64,000 nt of DNA, taken from assembly GCA_003427395.1 (NCBI GenBank), contig BFEA01000001.1:11738966-11802965 (forward strand), written 5' to 3'. A model generated the notes under the pieces. That model was not told where the DNA came from. It searched no databases and saw only the letters and a list, made by a program, of their open reading frames with translations. Position 1 is the first letter of the stretch; each line of letters begins with the position of its first letter. A program made the translations under genes and the position numbers. The DNA comes from Chara braunii (Eukaryota > Plantae > Charophyceae). This document shows, in pieces, positions 1-13,221 of the stretch.

Positions 1-195
1 TCATAAACAGCTGGACCAGGAAAGTACCAGCGTCATAAACAGCTGGACCAGGAAAGTACCAGCTTCGCAAATCAACCGCTGGACCAGGAAAGTACTAGCT
101 TCATAAAGGCCACGTTGAACAGCTGGACCAGGATCCCCTAAGCAGAAAGTAGCAGCTTCAGAATGGCCAAGTCAAACAGCTGGAGCAGGAAGGCA
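1..195. repeat. About 32-bp degenerate tandem repeat
   Basis: CAGCTGGACCAGGAAAGTAC.AGC unit about 5 times; truncated by the window edge. Confidence 0.8.
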
Positions 196-333
196 GCAGC
201 AAAAAGGCAACCTCAAGGATTGGATCGGATGTTCCAAGCTGGGACAAGTTTTCAGACAGTCTGCATTTGTGGACTGAGAGGACCTACTCCGAGAGATTGT
301 GACATTGTGTTTCTGTGCGCACTTCTATCTGTA

Positions 334-868
334 GGGGGAGGGGTTTGGCTTAAACGACCAGTACGTTTACCAGGCAATTGTTTCTGCCTGACATGGCATG
401 CGCCGCAACTTTTGGGGACTGGGTCCGCCTTTGATTTCGTTCATCAATGGCCCCCCACCCCCGAAAGCTCCAGTGTGATTGATGTTCATCGCATACTGGT
501 GGTTTAAACCACAAGTACTTCGCCCAGCTATCGGCCATGGAAAAAGATAGAGTAGAAACGTTTCTAGTTGGATGAATTTGGGCGCTCCTGTAGTGACCTG
601 TACATTTCCTAAAATTGTGGCTTGTTAACGGGCAAGACTTTAGGGAGAAGTACTCGTGTTTTAACAGACAGTCAATCCTTCCAAGGGAAGTAATCAGTGT
701 TGTCATGGTTCCCGGGCCGTAACATAGGGAGGCGTCAAGAGTGGGTTCATTAACTTCATTATGTATTTTTCTGACTTTGCCAGGGGAATAGGAACCAGAC
801 TGACGCTCCCCGGAATGGATATGGAGCCAGGCCCATGAAGAACTGTTTAAAAGGAGGGGGGGGAGGGG
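334..868 (+). mobile_element. Related insertion in the ELP1 intron downstream of exon 4
   Basis: Shares TTTCTGACTT.GCC.G.GGAATAGGAACC.GACTGACGCTCCCC.GAATGGA with 9684-9733; flanked by GGGGGAGGGG repeats. Confidence 0.5.
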
Positions 869-924
869 AGAGAGAGAGGGGGGAAGAAAGAATCAGCTTT
901 CTCAAGTTTTCACCCCTCAATTAC

Positions 925-1399
925 CTGAAGGAAAGGAAGAAACTCCTTCGGATCACGCTGAGAGTGCGAGGCAACCATTGCTGCCAAATGCAGGTCATAG
1001 ATCCCCAGTGCAGTGTCGAAGAGACGATTGGAATCGGTCAAAACCATTAGATGCTTCAGCGCATCTTCAGTGCTCAGACCCCTTTGCCGCTTGTCCCTCA
1101 TCATATGGCTGCCCTCTTCCTCTTCCTCTTGTTGGCCAATAGTTTTGCCAAATTCTCCTTCTTTGATTAACTGCTGTCTCTTATACACATCTAGATGTGT
1201 ATAAGAGACAGGCCAAATGCAGGTCATAGATCCCCAGTGCAGTGTCGAAGAGACGATTGGAATCGGTCAAAACCATTAGATGCTTCAGCGCATCTTCAGT
1301 GCTCAGACCCCTTTGCCGCTTGTCCCTCATCATATGGCTGCCCTCTTCCTCTTCCTCTTGTTGGCCAATAGTTTTGCCAAATTCTCCTTCTTTGATTAA
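925..1399 (-). CDS. ELP1: ELP1 coding exon 4 (true length probably 246 bp; assembled with an artefactual duplication and adapter); gene continues beyond window start
   Basis: Acceptor GCACAG|TTA at 1399 and donor CAG|GTAATT at 925. Encodes EDALKHL...ALGIYDLHLAAMVASHSQRDPKEFLPFLQ, a conserved ELP1 motif. Removing one 191-bp copy plus the 38-bp adapter gives an 82-codon exon. Confidence 0.85.
1174..1211. other. Nextera mate-pair junction adapter (assembly contaminant)
   Basis: Exact CTGTCTCTTATACACATCT+AGATGTGTATAAGAGACAG (Tn5 mosaic ends back to back) between identical 191-bp copies at 983-1173 and 1212-1402. Confidence 0.97.
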
Positions 1400-2229
1400 C
1401 TGTGCGGTTGGCAGCAAATGTCAGACATTCCACATAGTCAGTTCACAGACAAAGGAAAGAAAAGGACAAGTCCAGAAATTTTCAGGGCAAACCAGATAAA
1501 TTTTCCAGAAGATTCAGAGGGAAAAAAAAGAAGCAGCCAGACAAGTTCGCTGCGTGCTAAACGTCAAGTTTTTTTCAGCCAAGCCTGTAGACGTCTTTTG
1601 AGCGGGCATTCCCTATCCTTTGGTGGCAGTTCATCCACATACGTAGAACAAAGTCATCAGACTAAACTATTTGGAGAAAGGAATTTTGATCCACCCCTAC
1701 TATAAGGGGTTCCAATTTGAATGAGGAACCTATTTGATAGTGGGGGGGGCTTCAAATGGCGACCCGCAATAGTTTGCCTACTTAGCTTCAAACATTTTAT
1801 GCCTCCGACACCCAGGACAAGGTCGCACTTACATGGGTTCTTCATTTCTGAGCCCGCCGTGTACAATCTCCACTGGTGATTCTGTGTTTACTAACTTTAT
1901 TATTTGTGCATGCGACATAGTTGTTTGAAACATCGTGTTTATGTTCATAGTAACTTCATACTCACATCTGATCAAATATGTGCTCTACATTTGAGTTAGG
2001 TAACTTCGGTTTGTGTTTCTACTTGCATCTGCTGTTCTGATTGTGATTTTGTTAATGCTTATAAGTAATATGATACTAATATCTATGTTCATGGCCCGAC
2101 AAATTACAAATTAATGATCGATCATGGAATACAGTGTTCAATACACCTTCACTACTTCAGGCTTCCAGCCCTCACATATCCAACAGCGTTCAAACAGAAT
2201 CAAACTTCAAAGTCTCTGGTCTGATCATC

Positions 2230-5200
2230 AGCGGTTGTGTGTTGTAAATTTTGACCGCAACAGCCCCTGTTCCACCCATCAAACGTTGATTGTGTGTGTT
2301 TAGGCTGTCACCAGGACAACCCCTTTTCCACCCAAATGAGTAGATTCAAAATTGAAACAGCTTCACCCAACATATCTATCAACTAAAAGAGGGCACTTTG
2401 GAAAGCAAACGAAGAAAATACAGCAGACAACATGAAGCACACTTAAACCATTGTTTTCAATGTTTTGCCTTTTCCTTTTGCAGTTCTTCTTCGCTTTCCT
2501 TACTTTGGGATTTTTGTGGTTTCACTTTGTTTTTAATCTCTTCTTCTCGCTCCCCTGTGCGCATGTGTGTTGTCATATTCACTATAGACGACTCCACAAA
2601 GGAAAGCTTCCCCGTGTCTGTTTTGGATTTTCTCCACAACAGCCCCTAATCCACCCAGATGAGTAAAACCAAAATTGAAGCAGCTTTAGTCCTATTGCAG
2701 ACAAAGAAGCACATTTGAGTGGAGACATTCCAACAATGAAACAGTTTTACCCCTATAGCAAGTAACATGGAGCACAATAAATCCGTTGAAAATTTGAAAT
2801 CCCTTTGTCAACTGTGTTTACTTTGGCTTTCTTTGGGGTACCCCTTTCATTTGTTCTTGCAGTTTCGCTTTTACTATGCCTCTCATGTACAAGGCTGGCC
2901 GCGTTGGTTGTGCGGCACACTTGCACGTTATGAAAGGAGGCAGAGTAAAGGGGGAGGTATACTCCGGTTCATTTTTCTTCAGATCTTCAGCTTATATTTT
3001 GTCTGTTCTCTTCATGACGCTCATTCGTATACGTTTACCAGTAGTACACAAAGCGAGGGAGGAAGGCAAGGGGTAGGATGTGGAGTTCTATAGGGATTGA
3101 GGGGGGGGGAGGGAAACGAAACGGGGTAGGGGAGAAAGTGGAGTGGCAAAGGACAGAACAGAGATATGATGAACTTCACAGGGTTCTAGATACTCACCCC
3201 TGGAGCAGTCTTATCTAAAATGGCACAAGGGGCCAGTCAGTGTTTGGTTTACAGAAGATTTGGAGTTGAGGGGCAGCTGTTACCTATGGTAAGTGGCCAC
3301 CCCTCTGTGGAAGCACCGCACCCAATTCTCGAAGTCACAGTTGCTGCATCGAATGGCACGACGTAGACAGATGTCACAACCTATGTGGCTCGTACATGCT
3401 AGGAACACATAGGCAAGCCGGCTGCTATTGTATATGCATTGCCGTTCGAGCCCCTGTCTACAAATTGGACATGACATGTCAGGGTGCCATACATGAGTGC
3501 AATGTTGACTGTCATCATATGCATGAAAACAAAAACTTGCATGGGCTATGCCTTCATAATCCTCATGACACAAAGAATGCAAGCCACACGCTAGCCGAAT
3601 CTCAGGTGGGCCATCACAGAGCGGCATTGAGCATGTTTCTTGGGTTTGTCCAGTCATTATTCCCCCCCCCATATGGGCAGGCGACGACGAGGCTGATCCA
3701 GAGTTAGGGTGTTTAGCTGTTGCAAGATCTGGTTTGCAACAGCTTCACCCTAGCAGTGCTAACCTTTCATTACAGCAAGCTGTAGATGTGATAGTGTATT
3801 TTCCACCTCAGGCTGCTCCGCCTGTTGTTCGTCTGGCCAGGATGATAAAAATCTGACTGCGGTTGCCGCCGGTGTATGCCCAATGCTACATGTGGGACAT
3901 GCTTGGACAGGATGTGGCGGATGATGGCATAGGGGGTAGTCCATGCAGTAGAGACACATACTTTCAACTATAGCTTCCTGTAACCATTGACGACACATGG
4001 CATGTTGCTGGGATGCTCGCAGGAAAGCAGGCTGACGTTCGCACAACTTCGCAGCTATTTCAGCATGGGCCACAAAGGCATATCGGGCAAGTAATAAGGG
4101 GGTGGGTGGGACGAGCGCAAGACAATGGGTCGCAGTTTTTGAGGCAGAGGCTGGCAGTGACCATCCCCTCGTAGTATTTTGAGCAGAGATTATGTCACGC
4201 GCATGCTAAACGGACAGTAGCTGTATGGAGACACAATGGCATGGCACAACCACCATCCTCGGAAGAGGCTCCTTCATGATCCGCGGTAGAATCTGTCCAA
4301 CATAGACAAGGAAGGGACCCTGCCTGGCCATGTACAGGGGAGGGAGGAGGTTCAACTGGATTGTTCTCCGGAGGCTGTAGATTCGCAAGTGCACATCTAC
4401 ATATTGTTCCTGGTTGACTAGCCAGACTGAGTGGGATTCTGCCACTCCGTGACAGAAAAGAGTTAATAATTCCCATCGCGGTGTCCCCTGCCGCCATTGT
4501 CCCATAGGGTCCATGAATTATCCACAAAGGTAACAGCACTGAAATGACCCGGACGATGCAGGATGTACGCACGAATATTTGCGTCCATGTCTGGCGTATA
4601 ATTCTGTAGAGCAGGCTGGAGTCACAGTCATCGTCCCATAAATGCCATAGACAGGATTTCTATGTTCATGCCAGGTGCAGTACTGTCGTCCTCTGGGTGT
4701 GGGTGTGTGTTTTGAATTTTCACCACAACAGCCCCTATTCCACCCAGATGAGCAGATCCAAATCAAAGCATAATCAATCCTATTACAGACAACGAAAGCC
4801 CTTGAGTTCAGACAACCCAACAATGAAACAGTGTCACCTCTGTAGCAACCAACATGAAGTACAATAGAAGCATGTAAAGTTGTAAACCCCTTTCTTGAAT
4901 GTGTTCACATTTGCTTTCTTCGGGGTACCCCGTCATCTGTTCTTGCAGCTCCCCCTTCACTGTGACTCTCATGCACAAGGCTCGCCACGTTGATTGTGGT
5001 TGAGCGCGAGCTGCCCACATCCCCGTGTGCCATAACGGCCCACTTGCACACTATGAAAGGAGGCAAAGCAAAGACGGAGGTATATTCCTGTTCATTTCTT
5101 CTCAGATCTTCAGCTTATATTTTGTCTGTTCTCGTAATGATAGTCATTCGTATGTATTACTAGTAATACACAAGAGGAGGGAGGAAGGAAATGGGAGACG

Positions 5201-5610
5201 TAGTTCTGACAGGGTTCTAAATAGTGACCGCTGGGGCAGACCACTCTAGAATGGCACATGACGCCAGCCAATGTGTGGGTTAAATAAGATTTGAGGAGCA
5301 GTTCTTGCCTATGGTAAGTGGCCACCTCTACAGACCGACCGGACAGGACCGGTTTGGGTGTGGCCTGTGGAAGCACCGCATCCAGTGCTCACAGTCACAG
5401 TTACGGCATCGAATGGCACGGCGTAGACAGATGTCACAGGCTACGTGGCTCCTACATGCCAGGAACACAGAGGCACGTCGACCGCAATTGTAGAGGCATT
5501 GCCGTTCCAGCCCGTCTACAAATTGGACATGACATGTCAGGGTGCCATACATGAGTGGAGAATAGACTCTCATCATATGTATGAAGACAAAAGCTCGCCC
5601 GGGCTATATG
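2230..5610 (-). pseudogene. Decayed, internally duplicated Cys/His-rich (RING-like) coding remnants nested in ELP1 intron 3
   Basis: CSMPLC..IRLACGLHSLC...SCPICR; CAMPLC..VRLACA*HNLC; H..CRQ..CLYC..CPTC; CTSHIGCDIC..C.NC. 2610-3550 is duplicated at 4700-5610; stops and frameshifts. Confidence 0.5.
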
Positions 5611-5905
5611 TGTTGTCAAAACAACCCTAAACTCTCTCCTCGTTCCATTCACAAATCATCCACAAACCATCTACAAACAGAGAGTATAAAGGCAATAGTG
5701 TGGTTTTACAACATCCCCAAACTCTCTCTCTCATTCCATCCACATACCATCACAAACCATTCATAAACCAAAAAAGTACAGATGTGTGTGCGCGTGCAGT
5801 TCAGTCATTACGACTCATCAGGCAGGTATACCAAATTGTGAATGTGATTGTGAGGCAGTTCATTTCCATAGTTACTGCGTTGGACAGTGCTGCACGCCTA
5901 CCTAC

Positions 5906-8542
5906 CTTGATGCGTCTTAAGGCTTCCTCGAGCTCAGGAGGATCGCTTCGGGCGAGCGTTGTCAGCACGCACAATTCTAAATCTCTACTCCTTTGTTTCC
6001 CAAAATCTTCGTCCTGGCCTTTCTGTAACAATGTTTGACGGATTGCCTTGCAAATCGCATGCACCTTCCCATTCTCGAAGACGGTGTCATCGACGCTACT
6101 CAAAAATTTACCACCGGTAATGGCTGTAAACACATCGCCATGGCTGTTGATGCCATTTGCACCAAAATGACCATGGTGGTGGTCACCCGCAACCCCCCCA
6201 TCCCAGCTGGATATGTACCCATGATAGACACCCTCCATCACATTGCTGGAGTTGAGAGCCAGGACAAGCTCTGAAACATGGCGTAGGTTTCCCACTGCAT
6301 TCAAGAACCTCTCCACTCCTCTCTTCAGGAAAGATCGCCACCCCCCATAGTCTACGAGGACATTCAAATCCAGGCGATGCCTTCTGGCCATCTCCATTGC
6401 CCTTCCATAATTGCCCGTACGGATAGCCCTTCCTACCTCCTCTAAGACCAAGGCGCGGGGAAAGACAGTCTCCAGATTCCCTCTCACAGTCTGTACAATC
6501 ACACCTGCCTCCTTTCCCCCAAGTGCGGCCACAATACGAGCACCTCGTTCCCAAACTGTTCGTGTTGTAAACTCGCATCCTCTCTCCTTGCTCTGTGCCA
6601 TCTTACTGCCTACCTTTCCTACTGCTGCCACTGATTCCTTCGCAACAAACTCGGTCAAATCCTCATCCCCTGTGAGCATCGTGAAATTCCCCTCCCCTCT
6701 GACACCATTGGTCTTCTTCCCCATCAGTCCCAAACCTGGGAAGGAGGCACTTATCCAATCCCCCAATCGCAGGACATACATAACATCTCTCCGCGTTGTG
6801 AACACAACATTACACACTGCCTCTTGTTCCTCCCCCTCCCACTCCTCTGCCCCTCCGGACCCCTCGGCACCTTCGGTGGTGGCAAGACTGCCAAAATGAA
6901 CAGCAAACGTTACACAGTCTTCCGCCAAGACCCTTTTGCCCAGATACAACAATCCCTTGCCGCTAAGGCCAATCACACAAATCTGGGGATCAACTCCCTT
7001 TCCGAAGCTTGCTGCTGCTATCCAAGGGCATCTTTCAGGAAACGATTCGACGACTGCATTCAAGCCCTCCCCTTTCCTCCTGATCAACCCCACACCTTCT
7101 AGATATGTGTCCACGGATCCATCTTCTATTTCTACGAGGACTCTGGAGCATCCGTCAACAGATGAGGGTGGTGGTGTCCCCTCCGCCCAGCTAGAGACAT
7201 CATCTCGTAAAAGTCGTACCACCGGCAAGCGGGTCCGCGTCTCACGGACAACTGTTCCCCTCCACTGTTTCCTCGCATCCCCACCCTCCCCTCTCTCTTC
7301 TAACCCACCTTCCTCTGACAATAGCAAGACCTCCACCAGCAGATCCCCATCCGAGTCGCCTACACGTGATGCAGAGTCAACCGCATTGTAACTGCCACCA
7401 CACTCTTCTCCCTGCATGGTCACATCGCAAGCGGACACAACCATCAGAACAGAATGAGGTGACAGCCATGCCAACTCTCTCGCATAAACTCTGTGCCCAT
7501 TAAGATCCACCCTCTCTGCGGACAGCATAGCTCCTCCCCACTCGTCCTCGACCACACTCTCCTGCGAGTTCTCTGATGTTACGTCTTCTTCACTTATCCA
7601 GCTCAACGTACCAGAAATTTGGATTGCCAGCGAGCCATCGGATAGGACTGCTGCAACCATCGAAGAGCAATTGCTTTCCGGCACAGCGGTTCCCATTTTC
7701 CTCAACCCTGCTGATAAAGACAATACAGAAGCACACCTAACACAAGCACTGTGGACAATGACTGCCGCGGACATTGGAGGAGGAATCAAAGAGTTTGCCA
7801 ATGGCGTAATGCGAAGGAAACGTCCATCGATCACTGCTGCCGTGGGACTTCCTCCTTGGTCACGTCTCTCCACAGCACTGTCCCAACCAAGATCAATGCA
7901 TCTATAGGTACCAACAGCTGTCCATACATGCAGCCTCAGTGGCCGCTCAGCATCCCAAAAGGCATGCACCCCTAAGCCCATCCCGAACCGCCACTCCAGC
8001 TTCATATACCAATGGTAGTTATTTCGGAACCAGACCTGGACAATGTCGTATGACCGCTCTTTACCACGTACGATCACGAGTAGCAGCTCCGAATCCATGT
8101 TCCATGATAGCTGATCAACGGCTACACAGAGGTAACCATCCTCAAGAGTACGGTCCAACCAAAAGCCCCCTCTTCGCAGCCCGTTCCTCTCAAAGAACAC
8201 CACTTCAACTCCATTCTTTCCTTCTTCGCCGTCTGCCGCGGCTTCTGCCACCTTAGAGCTTCCTCTGCCGCCTGTGACTTGCTGGCAGCTGCTACCTCCT
8301 TTCCTGGCCACAGCAATCAGTGACCCGTTCGCCCGCCATGCAACCGGGCACATCAAACTCTTCATCTTCTCCGTGCAGGAATGCAGCACACATCCCTCGC
8401 GCTCCCATATCTCGGCACTCCGGCCAGAGCTCTGGTCAACGTCGGCAATCGCATCTCCTTCCGTCTCTTGCTGCCCAGCACCACTCAATGTTGCAAAGTA
8501 CTTTCCATCACCCCGCCAGCTGATCCTTACATCACAAACACG
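5906..8542 (-). CDS. ELP1: ELP1 coding exon 3 (879 codons)
   Basis: Acceptor CCAG|CGT and donor AAG|GTAGGT. Motifs ISWRGDGKYFAT, VVFFERNGLRRG, NNYHWYMK, RTVWERGARIV, QTVRGNLETVFPRALVL, RRHRLDLN and LTTLARSDPPELEEALRRIK are diagnostic of IKI3/ELP1. Confidence 0.95.
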
Positions 8543-8887
8543 CTGGCGAACAGGAAAAAACGACCATTCTGTTCAATCAGCCATCCTCCCTGAACAGTCA
8601 ATGATTTGTGCCAAACATGTACGGGTCCAGAGCTGCACAAATAATTTTTTTCAACTTACTAGTACGTGTCACTTGCAGGAATATCAATGAAGCAGAGGAC
8701 GGCAGGTCTCTCCTAGTGTAACGTTGGGGCAAAGCAGACCAATGATAGTTGGCTGGTAATAGGAGCTGCTCTGTTCCCCCCCCACCTCCTCCTCTCCTTT
8801 TTTTTTGCAGTTTGGAACTTGGATGCATACTTGCGGTGCATATGTGAGGAGCGCTGCGCAGTGCGGTGCGCTGATCGCAGATGCGCG

Positions 8888-9116
<229 letters not shown>

Positions 9117-9228
9117 AAAGAGCCCTTTCACATATTCAGAAACCCACTGCCCGTACTTCAAAAGGTCCCTGCCCGAAGTCAGCAAGGACCTCGTCAACAG
9201 GAGAAGATTAGTCGCTGGGCTTGTAATA

Positions 9229-9787
9229 AGGAGGGAGCAGGCCACTCCTCCCCCCCCCCTCCACCACATCCCCCTTATAACCCAACACATTGTACTAGCC
9301 CAAAATCCCCCCCAGCACAGTAACCCCAAAACCTCAGCTCAAATCACACTAAGAAAACCTCAATCGGTTGTCAAACAGACCCCTCTTCACTATCTAGCAT
9401 TCCCAAGATTACAGACGGACCCCAGTAACCACTATAGGTTTATTCAACAGCTTCTATTCTTAAACATCCGAAAGGGATAGACCATAGGCAAGTCGCAGTC
9501 AGCGAGGGCTTAGGGGTTAAGCACCAAATAGGGTAAGAGAAAAACACAGTAGAACAGGCTAACTTAGGCAGGGGTGAAGGGTGGTACATCCCTCCTTTGT
9601 GAGGTAATCAATGCTGTCCTTCGGGCCTCCACACCATGAGGGGAAGGAGCGTGAGTGAGTAATAGAGTATACATTGTGTTCCTTTCTGACTTGCCGGTGG
9701 AATAGGAACCGGACTGACGCTCCCCAGAATGGAACCCAAAGGTTCTGTTTTTTTTTTTTAATAAAAAAAGGAGGAGGGAGCAGGCCA
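9229..9787 (+). mobile_element. 527-bp insertion with perfect 16-bp TSD (non-LTR retroposon-like) in ELP1 intron 2
   Basis: AGGAGGGAGCAGGCCA at 9229-9244 and 9772-9787; insert ends in a T-run, AATAAA and A-run; 3' part homologous to 685-820. Confidence 0.7.
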
Positions 9788-11306
9788 GGTATATGTGGTG
9801 TAGCTTCGAATTCAGGTCCGTGTTTCAGCAGTTGTGGGTTACTGACTGACTAACTCGGCATGTGATTTTCAGGGCTTCACTCCACTACTCACCCAATGTG
9901 CAAAACTAGAATGAATCTTCTCCCAGAAACTGGAACCATACAAGCCATATGTTTTTCTTTTGTTCAAGTGCTGATGAGTGGAGCGAGGCCTTTAGGGCCA
10001 CTGCACGTAAGAAAAGGAAAAACATAAAAACGAGACAGCTGCTCTAGTGTTTGGAGTAAGTTCGTAACCCATAACTCTTGGAACACAGACCTGAATCCGA
10101 ATCCAGAATACATTGCTGGTCTGCTTGTGTTTCTCCAGGAGGCACATAAGCGTTCTTCCAAGTGAATGGGATCCCCGCTAATTCTATGCAGGGGACCCTT
10201 TGGAAAAGAGACTAAATCCAATGAGGAGTACGATGTGGCCCCAAATTATATTTTTGGAATTTTTTTCTGTGCAGTTACAATTTTCGAAAGGGAGGCACGC
10301 ATTTATTTTTTTATTTTTTTAATTTGTAATTGTGCCGCATCACATGTGCGAGTGCGCTATGCGGCGCACGTATGCAACTTGCGCGCACGTGATGCGCCGT
10401 ATGTATGCTCGGAAGTGATGAAATGAGTATGCACCAGCTCAGAAGCGAACTGGTGATAGCAACTCTTCTGTTTGCCTGGCTGCAAGCAAAAGAAAAACAT
10501 AAAGAACAAAGAGCTTAAAAAGGAATCAGAAATTTTCAAAAACCCTGGAATGCAAAAGTCAAATGGGAGTCAAATGGGAGGGACAAAAAGGGGTTCAAAC
10601 TTCAAAGAGAGGTGAGAAATGAACTCTGAAGTGAAGAGACGGCAAATTTGAAAAAATGGAGTCAGAGAGTCAAACTAGAGCCCCAAAAGAATATCAAAAT
10701 TGAAAGATTAACAGATTTCAATTTTTTTACGGATTGAACACATTTGAGTGATCGAACGGTTTGAACAGATTGAGCAGATTGAACGGATTGAGCGAACCGA
10801 GCGAATCGAACGGATTGAACGGATTGATTGACCGAAGAGACTAAAGGGAATGAATCTCATTGAAGGGAGCGCTCGGATTAATTGACCGAAGAGACTAAAG
10901 GGAATGAATCTCATTGAAGGGAGGGAACCAAAGGGAGAGACGGGGGGATGGACGATGGAGGGCCTGAAGGACTGAATGAATAGAAGAGTCGAAAATGGGT
11001 AGCAAAACGTTCCTATCTATATCAAAAGTTCAAAACAAACCATTCAATCAATTCAATTGATATGCTGCTCGTATTTTTCTGTGTCTAGAACCCCATACCC
11101 CTATAATAATAAACATCCATACCTCCCGGGAAAAACGGGATTTGAACCCGCGACTTAGGCGTTCAAAAGTTATTAAAACTTCTAACGAGGGTTTCCACAC
11201 AGGAGCTGAGCTTCTAAAGGGGTTAACACAGACCGAATTATTCCAGTATTCTTCTTTCTGTTGTTCATTGCACGCATGTTGCCATAACAATGATAACATT
11301 CATTAC

Positions 11307-11663
11307 CTGACTCTGCTGGCCGCTTTCCATGTCCACTTCTGCAAGGACTTCCCATTCCTTTGTCATCATCAGCAGTTTTCTGTCCAGGGTCGTGACAACG
11401 AAGACCTCCCCGTCAGGACTCCAGGACAAACCAGCAATTCCACCTTGGATCAACCCAACGCATTCAATTTCGTGCTGTTCAAGATGAAGAAGAAGCAACT
11501 CTCCAGCCTCCATAGCCACAAGAAGTGCCTCTTCTTCAACCAAGTATTCAAAGGCTTTGATGCGATCTACGAATGATTCCAGCGCCTGATGTTCGCATTG
11601 GTCCTCTAGTCCTCCCGTTTCCTCTCCGCCCTTAGGCGATAGTAGAGAAAACTCGAAGAGGAT
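11307..11663 (-). CDS. ELP1: ELP1 coding exon 2
   Basis: Acceptor GCAG|ATC and donor CAG|GTAATG; 119 codons; encodes EIECVGLIQGGIAGLSWSPDGE...LLMMTKEWEVLAE, a conserved ELP1 beta-propeller segment. Confidence 0.9.
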
Positions 11664-12014
11664 CTGCTTCAGAAACACAGGAAAAAAAAACAAAAACAAC
11701 AAAAACAGAGGGCATGCCCTCGTCCATCAGCTCCATCATTCCGAACCTCTTGCATTTTGTTGCCGTTGTTGCTCTTTTTCCTTTTTTTTTGTTTTTTTTT
11801 TAAGGGTGATGACCTTGAGATATCATCTCTTTTTTCCACTCTTCTGTTTTATATTTTTTGAAAGGGTGACGAGTCTGACGACCCTGAGATATCATCATCA
11901 CGCTGACCGCCCCCAGGTAATTCACAGTTAACTCATTCTATCTCTGCTCACAACGTAATTTGAGCTCAGGTCTGTATATCAACAAATCACGGGTGGCTCC
12001 ATGGCCTGTTTTAC

Positions 12015-12510
12015 TTTTTTCTTTCTTTTGTTTTGCTTCTTTCAAGTTCTTTGTTTCGCTCCGTAGGTTTCCGCTGACTCCATGTTGAGTTTTGCTTTAT
12101 CTTTCTTGTGTTTGTGGCTTCTGCTAGATGTCCGAATACAAGTGCATAGCAGGCCCGTTCGGATGGAGAGAAGACACATGATTATTTCTTTTCTTTTGCT
12201 TCTTTCAAGTTCTTTGCTTCGCTCCATAGTTTTCTGCTGACTCCATGGTGAGTTTTGCTTTATCTTTCTTGTGTTTGTGGTTTCTGCTAGATGTGCAAAT
12301 ACAAAGTACATAGCAGGCCCGTTCGGATGGAGAGAAGACACATGAGTATTTCTTTTGCTTTGCTTCTTTCAAGTACTTTGTTTCGCTCCATAGTTTTCTG
12401 CTGACTCCATGGTGAGTTGTGCTTCCATATTTCTTGTGTTTGTGGCTTCTGCTAGATGTCCGAATACGAAGTACATAGCAAGCCCGTTCCGATGGAGAGA
12501 AGACGCATGA
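12015..12510. repeat. Three tandem copies of a ~165-bp unit
   Basis: TTGCTTCTTTCAAGT...CTGACTCCATG...CTGCTAGATGT...GATGGAGAGAAGAC.CATGA x3. Confidence 0.85.
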
Positions 12511-12814
12511 CCATTGGCATCCAGGTTACAAGCTGGAATCCAGAGGGAGCTCACCCCAAAAGTAAAAAAAAGGAAGATCTCAGATTGGTTCTCGTACTTC
12601 TCTTCGTAGAATTCAAGCTGAGATCTATCTATCAAGAGTTGATGGATGGGCCACTCAGCCACATGGGCTTGGCTTCTTTTTGTTTTCTGTGTTTCTTTTT
12701 TCCTCCCTTGGACATGCGTACCACCCAGCCCACCTAGTACCCCCCATGTAGCATTGCCTACCTGCCCCGCACTTCACCGGCCAGCCATCCAGCCCACACA
12801 TACTATGACCCACC

Positions 12815-13176
12815 CCGTAGCACGTAGCATGAAACACCAAGTTCACGCAGCGCGTAGCATGAAGCATCAAAGTTCAAGTGGCATGTAGCAGAGAGGAGAG
12901 AGGGCGAGATGAGAGAGAGAGAGAAAGAGAAGAGAGAAGAGAGAGGAGCACATAGCACGCCGCTCCAAGCACGTTGCACCAATTCACATAGTGTGTAGAA
13001 CACAGCACCAATTTGTAGAACCAATTCATGTAGCACATACAGTGTAGCACTCATTGGCGTTGCACCCATTCACATCGCACGAAGTCGCGTTGCACCAGTT
13101 CACGAAGCACATAGCTCGTAGCACATAGCACCAAAAGCATGATGCAGCAATCCACACTGAATGGAGAGAGAGAGAT

Positions 13177-13221
<45 letters not shown>

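Noticed and set aside
983-1402. Tandem exon duplication or Tn5-like transposon in ELP1
   Set aside because: Spacer is the exact Nextera junction adapter and the copies are identical; this is an artefact.
6035-8690. Plus-strand ORFs overlapping ELP1 exon 3 (and those opposite tubulin at 28734-30539)
   Set aside because: Antisense shadows of real coding sequence with no independent motifs.
11130-11215. tRNA gene on minus strand (GGTTCAAATCCC B box)
   Set aside because: Weak A box, wrong spacing, no cloverleaf.
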